DNA of 64,000 nt from Verrucomicrobiaceae bacterium (GTDB lineage Bacteria; Verrucomicrobiota; Verrucomicrobiia; Verrucomicrobiales; Akkermansiaceae). The stretch spans positions 128,001-192,000 of the forward strand of contig JBPOGH010000003.1 of the NCBI GenBank assembly GCA_051252135.1. Direction: 5' to 3'. Shown here piece by piece: positions 29,759 through 39,662 of this stretch (position 1 is its first letter; every line of letters begins with the position of its first letter). The position numbers and the translations under genes were made by a program. The notes below the pieces were generated by a model. The model made no database searches and was not told the DNA's origin. It saw only the letters and a list, made by a program, of their open reading frames with translations.

Positions 29759-30282
29759 CCCACCTTTCCCGCGCCATTCTTGAAATGTCAGAGGCCGAGC
29801 GCCTCATCATCTTCGGCTCCGCCTCCCTCCTCGCCAGTTTCCCCAAACTGGGCGAAGAATCTGGCAGCCCCATCGAATCCACCTTCGACGCCGACATCAT
29901 CCCCTTTCCTTTCGAGGAAGACCTCGGCGAAATGCTCCACGAAGCCTTCGGCGATGGCCGTAAATTTCATCAACGGTTCGGCTACCACGCCGACATTATC
30001 CGACCAAAAATCGCCGAAAACTTTCCCCAAAATTGGGAAGATCGCCTCGTCCCTCTCCCTGGAGTCGAACGCGTTTACTGCCTCGATCCTCACGACATGG
30101 CCGCAACCAAATGCCGCGTCGCCAGACCCAAGGACACAAGGCAAATGGAGTGGCTCATTAAACGGAAACTCCTCGATCTCAAAATCATCCGTGACCGCCT
30201 GCGCGAAATCCCACTTGATGTCACCGATCTCGTCCAAGGCCATGCCCTTCTCGACTTGTTAGATAAGAACAGCTTGGAATGA
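29740..30282 (+). CDS. DUF6036-like nucleotidyltransferase
   Basis: LIIFGSASLL, TFDADI (GS..DxD), FHQRFGYHAD, LDPHDMAATK and RPKD. Confidence 0.75.
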   Translation: MRLSALAHLSRAILEMSEAERLIIFGSASLLASFPKLGEESGSPIESTFDADIIPFPFEEDLGEMLHEAFGDGRKFHQRFGYHADIIRPKIAENFPQNWEDRLVPLPGVERVYCLDPHDMAATKCRVARPKDTRQMEWLIKRKLLDLKIIRDRLREIPLDVTDLVQGHALLDLLDKNSLE

Positions 30283-31205
30283 CCAGAAGCCTTTTCCTCT
30301 CCATCACTCTTCTTCTCGGAGCATTCTCCCCGGCTTCAGCCAAACCCTCTCTCGGAATGTGGGTCTGGACTCAAGACGCCATCACTACCCGGGAAGAACG
30401 TCAAAAACTCCTCACCTTCTGCACTCAAGAGGGAATTACCCACCTCGATCAAAGTATCAAAACCAACAACTCCGTCGTCCAAAACCCCGACGCCCTCAAG
30501 CAGCTCCTCACTCAATCTCACTCCCGCGGAATCACCATCAACGCCCTCCGCGGCGACCCCAAAATGTTTTTCAAGCGCAACCACGCAAAGACCATCGCCG
30601 ACCTCCGGACCCTCATCACCTTCAACCATCAACTCCCCCCAACCTCCCGCCTCAACGGCATCAAATACGATGTCGAACCCTACCTCACCCCGGAATGGAA
30701 AGCCGGAGGAAAACAACAACAGCAAGTTATCCTCGACTACCTCAATTGCCTCCAACAGATCAAAACCATCCTCACCCGGGAATCCCCCGACCTCCTCCTC
30801 TCCGCCGATGTCCCCTTCTGGTGGGACAAGCCGGAGTTCGCCGTCACCTTCGCGGGCCAACCCAAACCCTTCGTCAACCACATCCAGGACCTCACCGATC
30901 ACATCGGTATCATGTCCTACCGCACCTCCTCAATCGAAGTCCTCGACCTCGTTACACACGAGCTCACCTACGCCACCAAAATCGGAAAGACCATCTCCCC
31001 CGGCCTCGAAACCATCGATCTCAAGGAAACCAAACCACGCGTCTCCTTCTTCGGAACCCCTCCCGCCCTCCTCCGAAAAACCATCCGCGAACTCCAAACA
31101 AACCTTTCCGAAAACAAAGCCGCCCGCCACATCATGCTCCATCACCACGGGAGCCTCGTCCCCTACCTCAATCAGCCCGAACCAACCAAATTTCGTAAAA
31201 AATGA
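30279..31205 (+). CDS. Secreted TIM-barrel glycoside-hydrolase-like hypothetical protein
   Basis: Signal peptide; GMWVW, GIKYDVEPY, DVPFW, IMSYR and GLET. Confidence 0.6.
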   Translation: MTRSLFLSITLLLGAFSPASAKPSLGMWVWTQDAITTREERQKLLTFCTQEGITHLDQSIKTNNSVVQNPDALKQLLTQSHSRGITINALRGDPKMFFKRNHAKTIADLRTLITFNHQLPPTSRLNGIKYDVEPYLTPEWKAGGKQQQQVILDYLNCLQQIKTILTRESPDLLLSADVPFWWDKPEFAVTFAGQPKPFVNHIQDLTDHIGIMSYRTSSIEVLDLVTHELTYATKIGKTISPGLETIDLKETKPRVSFFGTPPALLRKTIRELQTNLSENKAARHIMLHHHGSLVPYLNQPEPTKFRKK

Positions 31206-31207
31206 GC

Positions 31208-31237
31208 AAAAAAAAGCCACCCCTCTCAGGGCGGCTT
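31208..31237 (-). terminator. Terminator between convergent genes
   Basis: A8-GCCACCC...GGGCGGCTT; the U-tract is on the minus strand. Confidence 0.7.
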
Positions 31238-31263
31238 GATTAAATTCTAAGTCGCTCAACCGA

Positions 31264-32001
31264 CTAGCGGCGACGACGTCCCAAAAGCCCAAGGCCTCCC
31301 AGAACCACCATCAGACTCGATGACGGCTCGGGCACAAACGTATACGAACTCACCGCCGGAATCGCCTCACCTCGCTGGGTGATGGCATCTGCCCCCGTGT
31401 AAAGGGTCCCCACCAAGGTATCAGGTCCAAGAACAGACGACCCGGGCCCCGTGATATCCCGTGCAGCGACATCCAATCCCTGGAAACCGGACCCAGCCTC
31501 GCTTTGCCCGGACAAGGTTCCGTTAATTCCACCGAACCCCGCTCCGTCACCCCCGGAAAGGCGGGCATCATTCGAAGTAATATTCAGTGCGGACGTCGAG
31601 GTGGTCGCTCCAGCTCCATCAACCACACTGAGACTGATCTGACGGGAGCCATTGGTCTGGGAAAAATCACCATCAAGACGAATCGAAATCGCCTGCCCAA
31701 GAAGAGAAGAAATATCAAGTGTCAGGGAAGCCTCGGCACCCGAGTTCTGATCCTGAAAAACACGCAAATCGGTTCCAATCATCCCCAACGCCCAGCCAAT
31801 TCCGTCCCCGCCGGTCTCAAAAAGAACAGGGTCCGTCGTGTTGGATGCCGGAACCTTGAACCCGAAGTCAATGACCGCGTTTCCAGGGTTTTCCGTAATC
31901 GTCCCTGCTGCCGTGTCCCCACCCTGAAAGGCGAGAACAACTGCGGACGCAGACCCGGAGGCCAGCATCGCCGTTAATGTTGAAAGAAGAATTCGTCTCA
32001 T
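31264..32001 (-). CDS. PEP-CTERM sorting domain protein
   Basis: Signal peptide; C-terminal VPEPSSSLMVVLGGLGLLGRRRR. Confidence 0.9.
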   Translation of the reverse strand: MRRILLSTLTAMLASGSASAVVLAFQGGDTAAGTITENPGNAVIDFGFKVPASNTTDPVLFETGGDGIGWALGMIGTDLRVFQDQNSGAEASLTLDISSLLGQAISIRLDGDFSQTNGSRQISLSVVDGAGATTSTSALNITSNDARLSGGDGAGFGGINGTLSGQSEAGSGFQGLDVAARDITGPGSSVLGPDTLVGTLYTGADAITQRGEAIPAVSSYTFVPEPSSSLMVVLGGLGLLGRRRR

Positions 32002-32072
32002 AAATAGGTCGTTCGACCCCCAATGAAACGTGTCGTGTACCCTATAACAAGAGGAAAACTCCCCAACCCACT

Positions 32073-32756
32073 CTACCGGTGCGCCTTTCGGTGCTCCTCA
32101 AGCGTCTTTCCCAGCTGCCGCGTCACCTCGTCAAGTCGCTGCAGCAAGTCATCATAGCGCTCATCCTTCTTGGGTCCCGCCGCCGCAGGAACCGCCGGAA
32201 CGTTCACCTGCGGCTTCCTCACCGCAGGCTTCCTCACCACTGGCCGGGCCTGCTGGCGCAGCCGGTCTTCCGCTTCAAATCTTTCCAATGTCAACTTCGC
32301 CACCTCTTCCTCCATCGCACGCAGTCGCTGAATCCTCAACGCCGCCTCCGCATGGGCCTCCTGCAAGTCCTGACGGGACTTGGCCTGACGATTCCGCGCC
32401 TCCGCCAATTCATCCCGCAGCTGCTCCACCAAGGCACGCTGACCGGACACCTCCGCATCCTTCATCACCTCCGCCTGACGGGACTTCGCCCTCAGCTTCG
32501 CCACTTCCATCCGCAACGCACGCAACTCGCGCTTCATCATCTCATTCTCCTGATTCAACACATCACTCCGCTCACTCAACTCACGCACCCGCAAATCCGC
32601 CATCGATTCCTTCTTCGCCTCTACCACCTCTGTTTCAGCCCTCGCAGCCTCCCCCGAAACTTCCTCGGAAATCCCTGTATTGACCATGCCGGCCATCAGG
32701 ACCGCGATGAGGTTCTTGCCGGATATCGGAAACGAGCAGTGCGTGAACAGGTTCAT
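32073..32756 (-). CDS. Hypothetical coiled-coil protein
   Basis: E/R/L/A-rich heptads; G-ending codons as in other minus-strand genes. Confidence 0.65.
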   Translation of the reverse strand: MNLFTHCSFPISGKNLIAVLMAGMVNTGISEEVSGEAARAETEVVEAKKESMADLRVRELSERSDVLNQENEMMKRELRALRMEVAKLRAKSRQAEVMKDAEVSGQRALVEQLRDELAEARNRQAKSRQDLQEAHAEAALRIQRLRAMEEEVAKLTLERFEAEDRLRQQARPVVRKPAVRKPQVNVPAVPAAAGPKKDERYDDLLQRLDEVTRQLGKTLEEHRKAHR

Positions 32757-32861
32757 AACCCATGCAACTAATCATAAGTTGCTCACAGAGTCACGCCCCA
32801 ACCTTTGGCTCCCTTGATTATCCGGTTCCGCCACTCCAAAAACCATAACTCAAATCTTTCA

Positions 32862-32892
32862 TCTTGATTAGTCAAAGTCTCTCCGGTAAATT
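32862..32892 (+). promoter_or_regulatory. Leaderless promoter of the metal ABC operon, with a palindromic operator over the -35
   Basis: TTGATT(32864)-N17-TAAATT(32887)-N6-ATG; dyad TTGA-TTAG-TCAA at 32864-32875. Confidence 0.6.
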
Positions 32893-32898
32893 CCTCCC

Positions 32899-33870
32899 AT
32901 GAACTCTCTTCTCAGGATCACTTCCCTGTTTCTCGCCCTCCTCGCAACCAGCTGTGTCAAAAAAAAGGACCCATCCGCCGGCCCCGGCGAAGGACCCTAT
33001 GAAATCACCACCACCATCGGCATGATCGCCGATGTCACCCGTGAGATCGTCGGCGACCGCGCCAACGTCACCAACCTCATCGGCGAGGGCACCGACCCCC
33101 ACGTCTACAAAACAACCAAAGGAGACATCGACCGCCTCAACGACTCCCACCTCGTCCTCTACAACGGCCTCCACCTCGAAGGCAAAATGGGCCAGGCCCT
33201 CGAAGCCCAAAAAGAAGCCGGTAAGCCCGTCTTCGCCGTCGCCGAAACCGTCCTCCTTCCCGACTACGACATCATCGGCACCGCTGACGATGCCGACCCC
33301 CACGTCTGGATGGACGTCAACGCCTGGTCCCGCGTCACCGAGGGAATCCTGGCCCACCTCATCGACTTCGATCCCGACCACCAAGACACCTACCTCAAAA
33401 ACTTCGCCGCCTACTCCGACCAACTCACCGCCCTCGATCAATACGCCAAAAAAAGCATCGCCAGCATCCCCGCCGACCGACGCGTCCTCGTCACCGCCCA
33501 TGATGCCTTCTCCTACCTCGGCCGCGCCTACGGCATCGAAGTCCGCGGCATCCAGGGCATCTCCACCGAGTCCGAAGCCGGCCTCAAGGAAATCAACGAC
33601 CTCGTCGACTACCTCGTCACCAAAAACATCCCCGCCGTCTTCGTCGAGTCATCCGTCTCCGATAAAAGCGTCAAAGCCCTCATCGAAGGCGCCAAAAGCC
33701 GCGGCCACCAGGTCATCATCGGCGGCGAACTCTTCTCCGACGCCATGGGCCCCAAAGGCACCTACGAAGGCACCTACCTCGGCATGATCGACCACAACAT
33801 CACCACCATCACCCGCTCCCTCGGCGGCACCGCCCCCGAAAAAGGCCTCCACGGAAAACTCTCCCACTAA
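32899..33870 (+). CDS. troA: Mn/Zn/Fe ABC substrate-binding lipoprotein (TroA/YtgA)
   Basis: Lipobox ATSC; DPHVY, YNGLHLEGKM, DPHVWMD, VTAHDAFSY and LFSDAMG. Confidence 0.92.
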   Translation: MNSLLRITSLFLALLATSCVKKKDPSAGPGEGPYEITTTIGMIADVTREIVGDRANVTNLIGEGTDPHVYKTTKGDIDRLNDSHLVLYNGLHLEGKMGQALEAQKEAGKPVFAVAETVLLPDYDIIGTADDADPHVWMDVNAWSRVTEGILAHLIDFDPDHQDTYLKNFAAYSDQLTALDQYAKKSIASIPADRRVLVTAHDAFSYLGRAYGIEVRGIQGISTESEAGLKEINDLVDYLVTKNIPAVFVESSVSDKSVKALIEGAKSRGHQVIIGGELFSDAMGPKGTYEGTYLGMIDHNITTITRSLGGTAPEKGLHGKLSH

Positions 33871-33879
33871 CCCCCCACC

Positions 33880-34135
33880 TTCAATCATCTGCGTCAATCT
33901 GCGAAATCTGCGGATTCCCCCCCAACCAAGCTTCTGATTTTCTGCGCTTTCTGTGGTCCGCCCCCAACCAAGCTTCTGATTTTCTGCGCTTTCTGTGGTC
34001 CGCCCCCAACCAAGCCCCCACTTCCAAGTATCCCATCCATCCTGTCCATCTGCGGTTAAAACTCTCAGGAGCGGCAGCTCCAAAAGCCAATAGCCATCCG
34101 CCAATAGCTAACAGCCAGCCCCCGCACACCAAACC
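33880..34135 (+). repeat. Intra-operon composite repeat cluster
   Basis: 9-mer module ATCTGCGTCAATCTGCGAAATCTGCGGA, two exact 42-bp AACCAAGC-bounded units (sites at 33924, 33966, 34008) and an AATAGCC heptamer tail. Confidence 0.85.
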
Positions 34136-34152
34136 ATCCCCGCCTCGAAAAA

Positions 34153-34968
34153 ATGTCCCCTCTCCCGTCATCCGCGACCAGGCCCTCCAGCCCACCCAGC
34201 GACCACTCCCCCGACCTTCCCCTTGCCGTCCACGACCTCACCGTCGCCTACCACCGCAAGCCCGTCCTCTGGGACATCGATCTCGACATCCCCAAAGGAT
34301 CCCTCGCCGGCATCGTCGGCCCCAACGGCGCCGGAAAATCCACCCTCCTCAAAGCCTGCCTCGACCTCATCCCCAAGACCTCCGGCGAAGTCCTCATCTA
34401 CGGCAAGCCCTACGAAGACCAGCGCGACCTCGTCGCCTACGTCCCCCAGCGCGAGTCCGTCGATTGGGACTTCCCCGTCAGCGCGCTCGACGTCGTCGCC
34501 ATGGGCACCTACCGCAAGCTCGGCTGGCTAAAACGCGTCACCAAAACCCAAAAAGACCAGGCCCGCACCGCCCTCGACCAGGTCGGCATCGGCCACCTCG
34601 CCGACCGCCAAATCTCCCAACTCTCCGGCGGCCAGCAACAACGCGTCTTCCTCGCCCGCGCCCTCGTTCAGGACGCCGACATCTACCTCATGGATGAGCC
34701 CTTCGCCGCTGTCGATGCCGCCACCGAGCAAGCCATCATCGCCCTCCTCCAGGAACTCAACGCACGCGGAAAAACCGTCCTCTGCGTCCATCACGATCTC
34801 GCCACCGTCTCACGCTACTTCGATTGGCTCGTCCTTCTCAACATGCGCATCGTCGCCAGCGGACCCACCAAGGAAACCTTCACCCGCGAAAACCTTCAAA
34901 AAGCCTACGGCGGAAAACTCAACCTCCTCGAGGACGCCGCACACGCACTCCAAAATGTCGGTCGCTGA
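34153..34968 (+). CDS. troB: Metal ABC transporter ATPase (TroB/YtgB)
   Basis: GPNGAGKST, YVPQRESVDWDFP and LSGGQQQRVFLARAL. Confidence 0.92.
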   Translation: MSPLPSSATRPSSPPSDHSPDLPLAVHDLTVAYHRKPVLWDIDLDIPKGSLAGIVGPNGAGKSTLLKACLDLIPKTSGEVLIYGKPYEDQRDLVAYVPQRESVDWDFPVSALDVVAMGTYRKLGWLKRVTKTQKDQARTALDQVGIGHLADRQISQLSGGQQQRVFLARALVQDADIYLMDEPFAAVDAATEQAIIALLQELNARGKTVLCVHHDLATVSRYFDWLVLLNMRIVASGPTKETFTRENLQKAYGGKLNLLEDAAHALQNVGR

Positions 34969-36328
34969 TTTCCATATCCTCGCCTCGTCGGAATTCCTCG
35001 ATACCCTCATCGAGACGCTCTTCCTCCAGAGCTACAACACCCGACTCGTCGTCCTCGGAACCGCCCTCCTCGGCGCCACCGCCGGACTCATCGGCTCCTT
35101 CCTCCTCCTCCGGAAACAGTCCCTCCTCGGTGACGCCCTCTCCCACGCCACCCTCCCCGGCATCGGCATCGCCTTCGCCGTCATGGTCGCCCTCGGCGGA
35201 GCCGGCCGCAACCTCCCCGGCCTCCTCCTCGGGGCCACCGTCACCGGCCTCCTCGGCGTCCTCCTCGTCATCGCCATCCGCCGCACCACCCGGCTGAAGG
35301 ACGACGCCGCCATGGGCATCGTCCTCTCCGTCTTCTTCGGCCTCGGCATCGCCATCCTCACCATGGTCCAAAAAATCCCCGGCCAATCCGCCGCCGGACT
35401 CGAATCCTTCATCTACGGCAAGCCCGCCTCGATGATCCTCACCGACTTCTACCTCATCGCCGGCACCCTCGTCGTCACCTCCCTCGTCTGCCTCCTCATC
35501 CTCAAAGAACTCACCCTTCTCTGCTTCGATGACTCCTTCGCCTCCACCCAAGGCTGGCCCACCACCCTCCTCGACATCCTTCTCATGGGCCTCGTCACCG
35601 CCGTCACCGTCGTCGGACTCCAGGCCGTCGGACTCATCCTCATCATCGCCTTCCTCATCACCCCGCCCACCGCCGCCCGCTTCTGGACCAACGAGCTGCG
35701 CAAAATGCTCCTCCTCTCCGCCCTCATCGGCGCCATCTCCGGCTGGCTCGGAGCCTCCCTCTCCGCCCTCTACCCCAACCTCCCCTCCGGAGCCATCATC
35801 GTCGTCGCCGCCGGTTCCATCTTCCTCATCTCCATGATCTTCGGCCCCGTCCGCGGCGTCCTCCCCCGCCAACTCCGCCAACACCAGCTCCGCCGAAAAG
35901 TCGGCCGCCAACACCTCCTCCGCTCCGTCTACGAAATCCTCGAATCCTCACAACAAATCGACGCCCTCCGCAACCTCCCCATCCCCATGGCCGATCTCCA
36001 GAAACACCGCGTCTGGTCCAAAGGAGAGCTCCCCCGACTCATCAAACAAGCCCGCTCCGAAGACCACCTCGAACGCCGACCCAACGGCGAACTCCAACTC
36101 TCCGAGTCCGGCTTCGGCGAAGCCTCACGCATCACCCGCAACCACCGCCTCTGGGAACTCTACCTCATCAAGCACGCCGATATCGCCCCCTCCCACGTCG
36201 ACCGCGACGCCGACATGGTCGAGCACATCCTCGGCGCCGACATGGTCCAACAACTCGAAGCCCAACTCGACCTCCAGGAACACACCCTCGAATCCCCTCA
36301 CCTCATCGAGAACGAATCCCAATCATGA
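34955..36328 (+). CDS. troC: Metal ABC permease fused to a DtxR/TroR-type repressor (YtgCR-like)
   Basis: ABC-3 permease (GDALSHATLPG) followed by an HTH-like region and RITRNHRLWELYL..HVDRDADMVEHIL. ATG 34955 overlaps troB. Confidence 0.88.
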   Translation: MSVADFHILASSEFLDTLIETLFLQSYNTRLVVLGTALLGATAGLIGSFLLLRKQSLLGDALSHATLPGIGIAFAVMVALGGAGRNLPGLLLGATVTGLLGVLLVIAIRRTTRLKDDAAMGIVLSVFFGLGIAILTMVQKIPGQSAAGLESFIYGKPASMILTDFYLIAGTLVVTSLVCLLILKELTLLCFDDSFASTQGWPTTLLDILLMGLVTAVTVVGLQAVGLILIIAFLITPPTAARFWTNELRKMLLLSALIGAISGWLGASLSALYPNLPSGAIIVVAAGSIFLISMIFGPVRGVLPRQLRQHQLRRKVGRQHLLRSVYEILESSQQIDALRNLPIPMADLQKHRVWSKGELPRLIKQARSEDHLERRPNGELQLSESGFGEASRITRNHRLWELYLIKHADIAPSHVDRDADMVEHILGADMVQQLEAQLDLQEHTLESPHLIENESQS

Positions 36329-37245
36329 AAAACATCACCATCTTCCTCGCCCTCACCTCCTCCGCCCTCGCCGGAACACCGGAACAACGCTGCTCCATCG
36401 ACAGCATCCTCCTGAAAGCCCTCAAAGCCGCAGACGGCCCAATCACTCAAAACATCGTCAGCGAAAACTTCAAGCCCGGCACCCGCGCCTCCGATCATCA
36501 AATCAACCGCGACAACATCGACCGAATCCTCAAATCCCCCTACCACCTCTTCAACCCCACCCCCGATAACCTCCTCCGCGACCTCTCCCCCGACCGACCC
36601 GACGCTACCGAATCTCCCATCACCGTCGACGCCGGACGCTTCGCCCTCGAAATGTCCCTCTTCGATTTCCGTCGCGATGGCGGCATCGAATCCACCACCT
36701 GGGGCGCCGTCAATTTCAAAGCCGGCCTCAGCCAAAACACCGACCTCCAAACCGTCTTCAACCTCTACACCGGAGACCAAGGCGGACCCGAGGGCTTCGG
36801 CGACCTCACCTTCCGCCTCAAACACAACCTCTGGGGAAATGACGGAGGAGACACCGCCCTCGCCCTCATGCCATGGGTCAAAATCCCCACCGGAGAACTC
36901 AGCAACGACCAATGGGAAGGCGGCCTCATCATCCCCTTCGCCATCGACCTCAACGACTCCGTCGGCCTCGGACTCATGGCCGAACTCGACTACCTCCACA
37001 ACGGCACCCGCCACGAGTTCGAATTCCTCCACACCGCCGTCCTCGGCATCAGCCTCACCGAAAAAGCCGGAGCCTACACCGAATACATCGGCATCTGGAA
37101 GGAAGACACCTACGAGGCCTACCTCGCCGGCGGCATGAACTACGCCGTCAACAACCACCTCATCCTCGACCTCGGAGTCCAAACCGGCCTCAACTCCGAC
37201 TCCGAAGACTTCGGCATCTTCACCGGCTTCACCAAACGCTTCTAA
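36325..37245 (+). CDS. Outer-membrane beta-barrel transporter (MetA/phenol-degradation porin family)
   Basis: Signal peptide; DRPDATESPITVDAGRFALE, GFGDLTFRLK and a terminal GFTKRF. Confidence 0.8.
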   Translation: MKNITIFLALTSSALAGTPEQRCSIDSILLKALKAADGPITQNIVSENFKPGTRASDHQINRDNIDRILKSPYHLFNPTPDNLLRDLSPDRPDATESPITVDAGRFALEMSLFDFRRDGGIESTTWGAVNFKAGLSQNTDLQTVFNLYTGDQGGPEGFGDLTFRLKHNLWGNDGGDTALALMPWVKIPTGELSNDQWEGGLIIPFAIDLNDSVGLGLMAELDYLHNGTRHEFEFLHTAVLGISLTEKAGAYTEYIGIWKEDTYEAYLAGGMNYAVNNHLILDLGVQTGLNSDSEDFGIFTGFTKRF

Positions 37246-37271
37246 CCCCCAAAAAAACACCCACGCCCTCC

Positions 37272-37372
37272 CCATTGGCCAACGGCCATCAACATACCAG
37301 CACAGGGCAAAGCCCTGTGACTCCTCACCCCAAAGAGAATGTGCGCCAACGGCGGACGACAAACCCCACGCA
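37272..37372 (+). mobile_element. Solo copy of the transposase-associated three-hairpin repeat
   Basis: TTGGCCAACGGCCATCAACATACCAGCACAGGGCAAAGCCCTGTGA...GTGCGCCAACGGCGGACGA, matching the units at 46368-47500. Confidence 0.85.
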
Positions 37373-37468
37373 TCCCCCAGCCCCTCCCCATCCACCCCGC
37401 CCCACCCAAAAAGCTCATCGCTCGCCGCTCGCAAGCTCTAAGCCATCCCTCAAACACTCCCTCAACAA

Positions 37469-38401
37469 ATGATTTGGACCGAAGCAGACACCGGCATTCT
37501 CCTCGTAGGCATCCTATGCGCCATGGCCTGTGCCTTGCCCGGATGCTTCCTCCTCCTCCGGCGCATGTCCATGATGGGCGATGCCATCTCACACGCCGTC
37601 CTCCCCGGCATCGCCATCGCCTTCCTCATCTCCAGCAGCCGCGCCAGCATCCCCATGTTCATCGGAGCCGCCCTCGCCGGAATCCTCACCGCCCTCTTCA
37701 CCCAGTGGATCACCAAGTTCGGAAAGGTCGACCGCGGAGCCGCCATGGGCATCGTCTTCACCACCCTCTTCGCCATCGGCCTCATCCTCATCAAACAAAC
37801 CGCCGACCACGTCGATCTCGACGCCTCCTGCGTCCTCTACGGTGCCCTCGAAGCCACCCCCCTCAACCAGGTCACCCTCTGGCAAAATGACGCCACCATC
37901 CTCCGCGTCCCCCACGCCTCCCTCGTCGTCGGCGGAGTCCTCCTCTTCAACGCCCTCGTCATCGCCCTCTTCTACAAAGAACTCACCCTCGCCTCCTTCG
38001 ATCCCGCCCTCGCCCGGGCCCACGGCTTCCGCCCCATGCTCATGCACTACCTCCTCATGACCATGGTCGCCATCACCACCGTCGCCGCCTTCGAGGCCGT
38101 CGGCTCCATCATCGTCATCGCCATGCTCATCGTCCCCCCCGCCACCGCCTTCCTCCTCACCCGCAGCCTCCCCCTCCTCATCGGCCTCAGCCTCGGCTTC
38201 GCCGCCCTCGGTGCCATCCTCGGCCACCTCAGCTCACAAGCCCTCCCCGCCTACTTTGGCCTCCCCGAAACCACCAGCTCCGGCATGATGGCCACCCTCT
38301 CGGGCCTCCTCTTCCTCCTCGTCTGGATCTTCGGCCCCCAGGGCCTCCTCCGCCGCTCCCTCCCCGGCGAGATCGAAGCCCCCGAAGAAATCTCTCCCTA
38401 A
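37469..38401 (+). CDS. troD: Metal ABC permease (TroD/YtgD)
   Basis: GCFLLLRRMSMMGDAISHAVLPG, HVDLDASCVLYG and AFEAVGSI. Confidence 0.9.
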   Translation: MIWTEADTGILLVGILCAMACALPGCFLLLRRMSMMGDAISHAVLPGIAIAFLISSSRASIPMFIGAALAGILTALFTQWITKFGKVDRGAAMGIVFTTLFAIGLILIKQTADHVDLDASCVLYGALEATPLNQVTLWQNDATILRVPHASLVVGGVLLFNALVIALFYKELTLASFDPALARAHGFRPMLMHYLLMTMVAITTVAAFEAVGSIIVIAMLIVPPATAFLLTRSLPLLIGLSLGFAALGAILGHLSSQALPAYFGLPETTSSGMMATLSGLLFLLVWIFGPQGLLRRSLPGEIEAPEEISP

Positions 38402-38666
38402 CCTCAAACAAGCCCCCCAACCAAGTTTCGTCCATTTCGTAATTTTCGTGGTTCCACATCCCCAAACAAGCCCCTCAACCCAAGCTTCTGATTTTTCTGC
38501 GCTTTCTGTGGTAAAAAACCCCTCAACCAAGCCTCTGCTCTCTCAGCTTTCTCTGTGGTCCAACTCCCCCCAACCAAGCCTTAAAAAACCTTCGCGTTTG
38601 AGCGGTTCCCCCTCCCCAAACCAACTCCCCCCAACCAAGCAATTCCTAATTCTAAATCCCTAATTA
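38402..38666 (+). repeat. Composite AACCAAGC-punctuated repeat cluster
   Basis: Modules TTTCGTCCATTTCGTAATTTTCGTGG, TTCTGCGCTTTCTGTGG, CTCTCAGCTTTCTCTGTGG, CTTCGCGTTTGAGCGG and AATTCCTAATTCTAAATCCCTAATT, each preceded by AACCAAG(C). Confidence 0.8.
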
Positions 38667-39662
38667 TCAAAACTCATCCATCATCTCCTCCAACCCCTCG
38701 TAATACCCCATGTAAACCGAGATGATCTTCCACCCGATGTAAGCCGCCACCAAAAAGTAAAACGCCTTCGGCAACAACACCGTCACCATCCGCGCACTCG
38801 TCCGCGCCTCCTCCGCAAATTTCTTGCTCCACCGCGTCAGATCCGCATCCAGCGAGCCCGACTTCTCCGCCGTCGCATACGACCTCGAAAACGCCACCGG
38901 GAACACCTTGTGCGCCTGAAACACCGGCCCCACCGCTTGCCCGTCGTCCACCGCCTTCTTCAAGTCCTTCCCCGCCTCGCGAATCACCCCGCTGTGCGCC
39001 GCCTCCGTCGCCATCTTCACCGTCCCGTGCATCGAGAGCCCCGCCGCCAAGCTCCCGTGATACACCTTCACAAATCTCGCCAACGCCAGATTCTTTCGCG
39101 ACTTCCCAATCAACGGAATCCACCCGATCACCCGATCAATCGCTGCATTGTTCGGAGCCCTCCGCATCAACCACCTCACCCCCAGAAAACACAAAAATCC
39201 CAACACATAACAAACCGCCAGCTTGATCATAAAATCCCGCATGATCTCCCCGCCATCCTTCCCCAGTCCGTGAAACAAACTGAACGGAATCACCGAAAGC
39301 AGCACCGCCAGATGAAATAACACCGCCGGATAAATCAAACTCCGCGTCATCTCCTTCCGCGAGTTCGCCAGCAAATCAAAATAATCCGCCAACTGCTGAA
39401 ACGCCACCCCCAGACGCCCTCCCCGCTCACCCGCATCAATGATGCTCGTCTCCATCTCCAGCATCTCCACCGGACTCTCCTCAAACGCCTCCGCAATCGA
39501 CCTCCCCGCCTTCATCGACGCCTGAATCGACATCAAAAATTCCTGATGCCCCGCCTCCTGACCCGTATCAAGCAAGGTCGTCGTCGCATCATTCATCCCA
39601 AACCCGGCATCCACCAGCTTCGCGTATTCTTGGTATAAATGACTCTTATCCTTTGGTGACAT
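38667..39662 (-). CDS. Type II secretion F / PilC-like inner-membrane platform protein
   Basis: AGERGGRL..LADY, SLIYPAVL and AEKSGSLD; two GspF-like repeats. Confidence 0.85.
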   Translation of the reverse strand: MSPKDKSHLYQEYAKLVDAGFGMNDATTTLLDTGQEAGHQEFLMSIQASMKAGRSIAEAFEESPVEMLEMETSIIDAGERGGRLGVAFQQLADYFDLLANSRKEMTRSLIYPAVLFHLAVLLSVIPFSLFHGLGKDGGEIMRDFMIKLAVCYVLGFLCFLGVRWLMRRAPNNAAIDRVIGWIPLIGKSRKNLALARFVKVYHGSLAAGLSMHGTVKMATEAAHSGVIREAGKDLKKAVDDGQAVGPVFQAHKVFPVAFSRSYATAEKSGSLDADLTRWSKKFAEEARTSARMVTVLLPKAFYFLVAAYIGWKIISVYMGYYEGLEEMMDEF

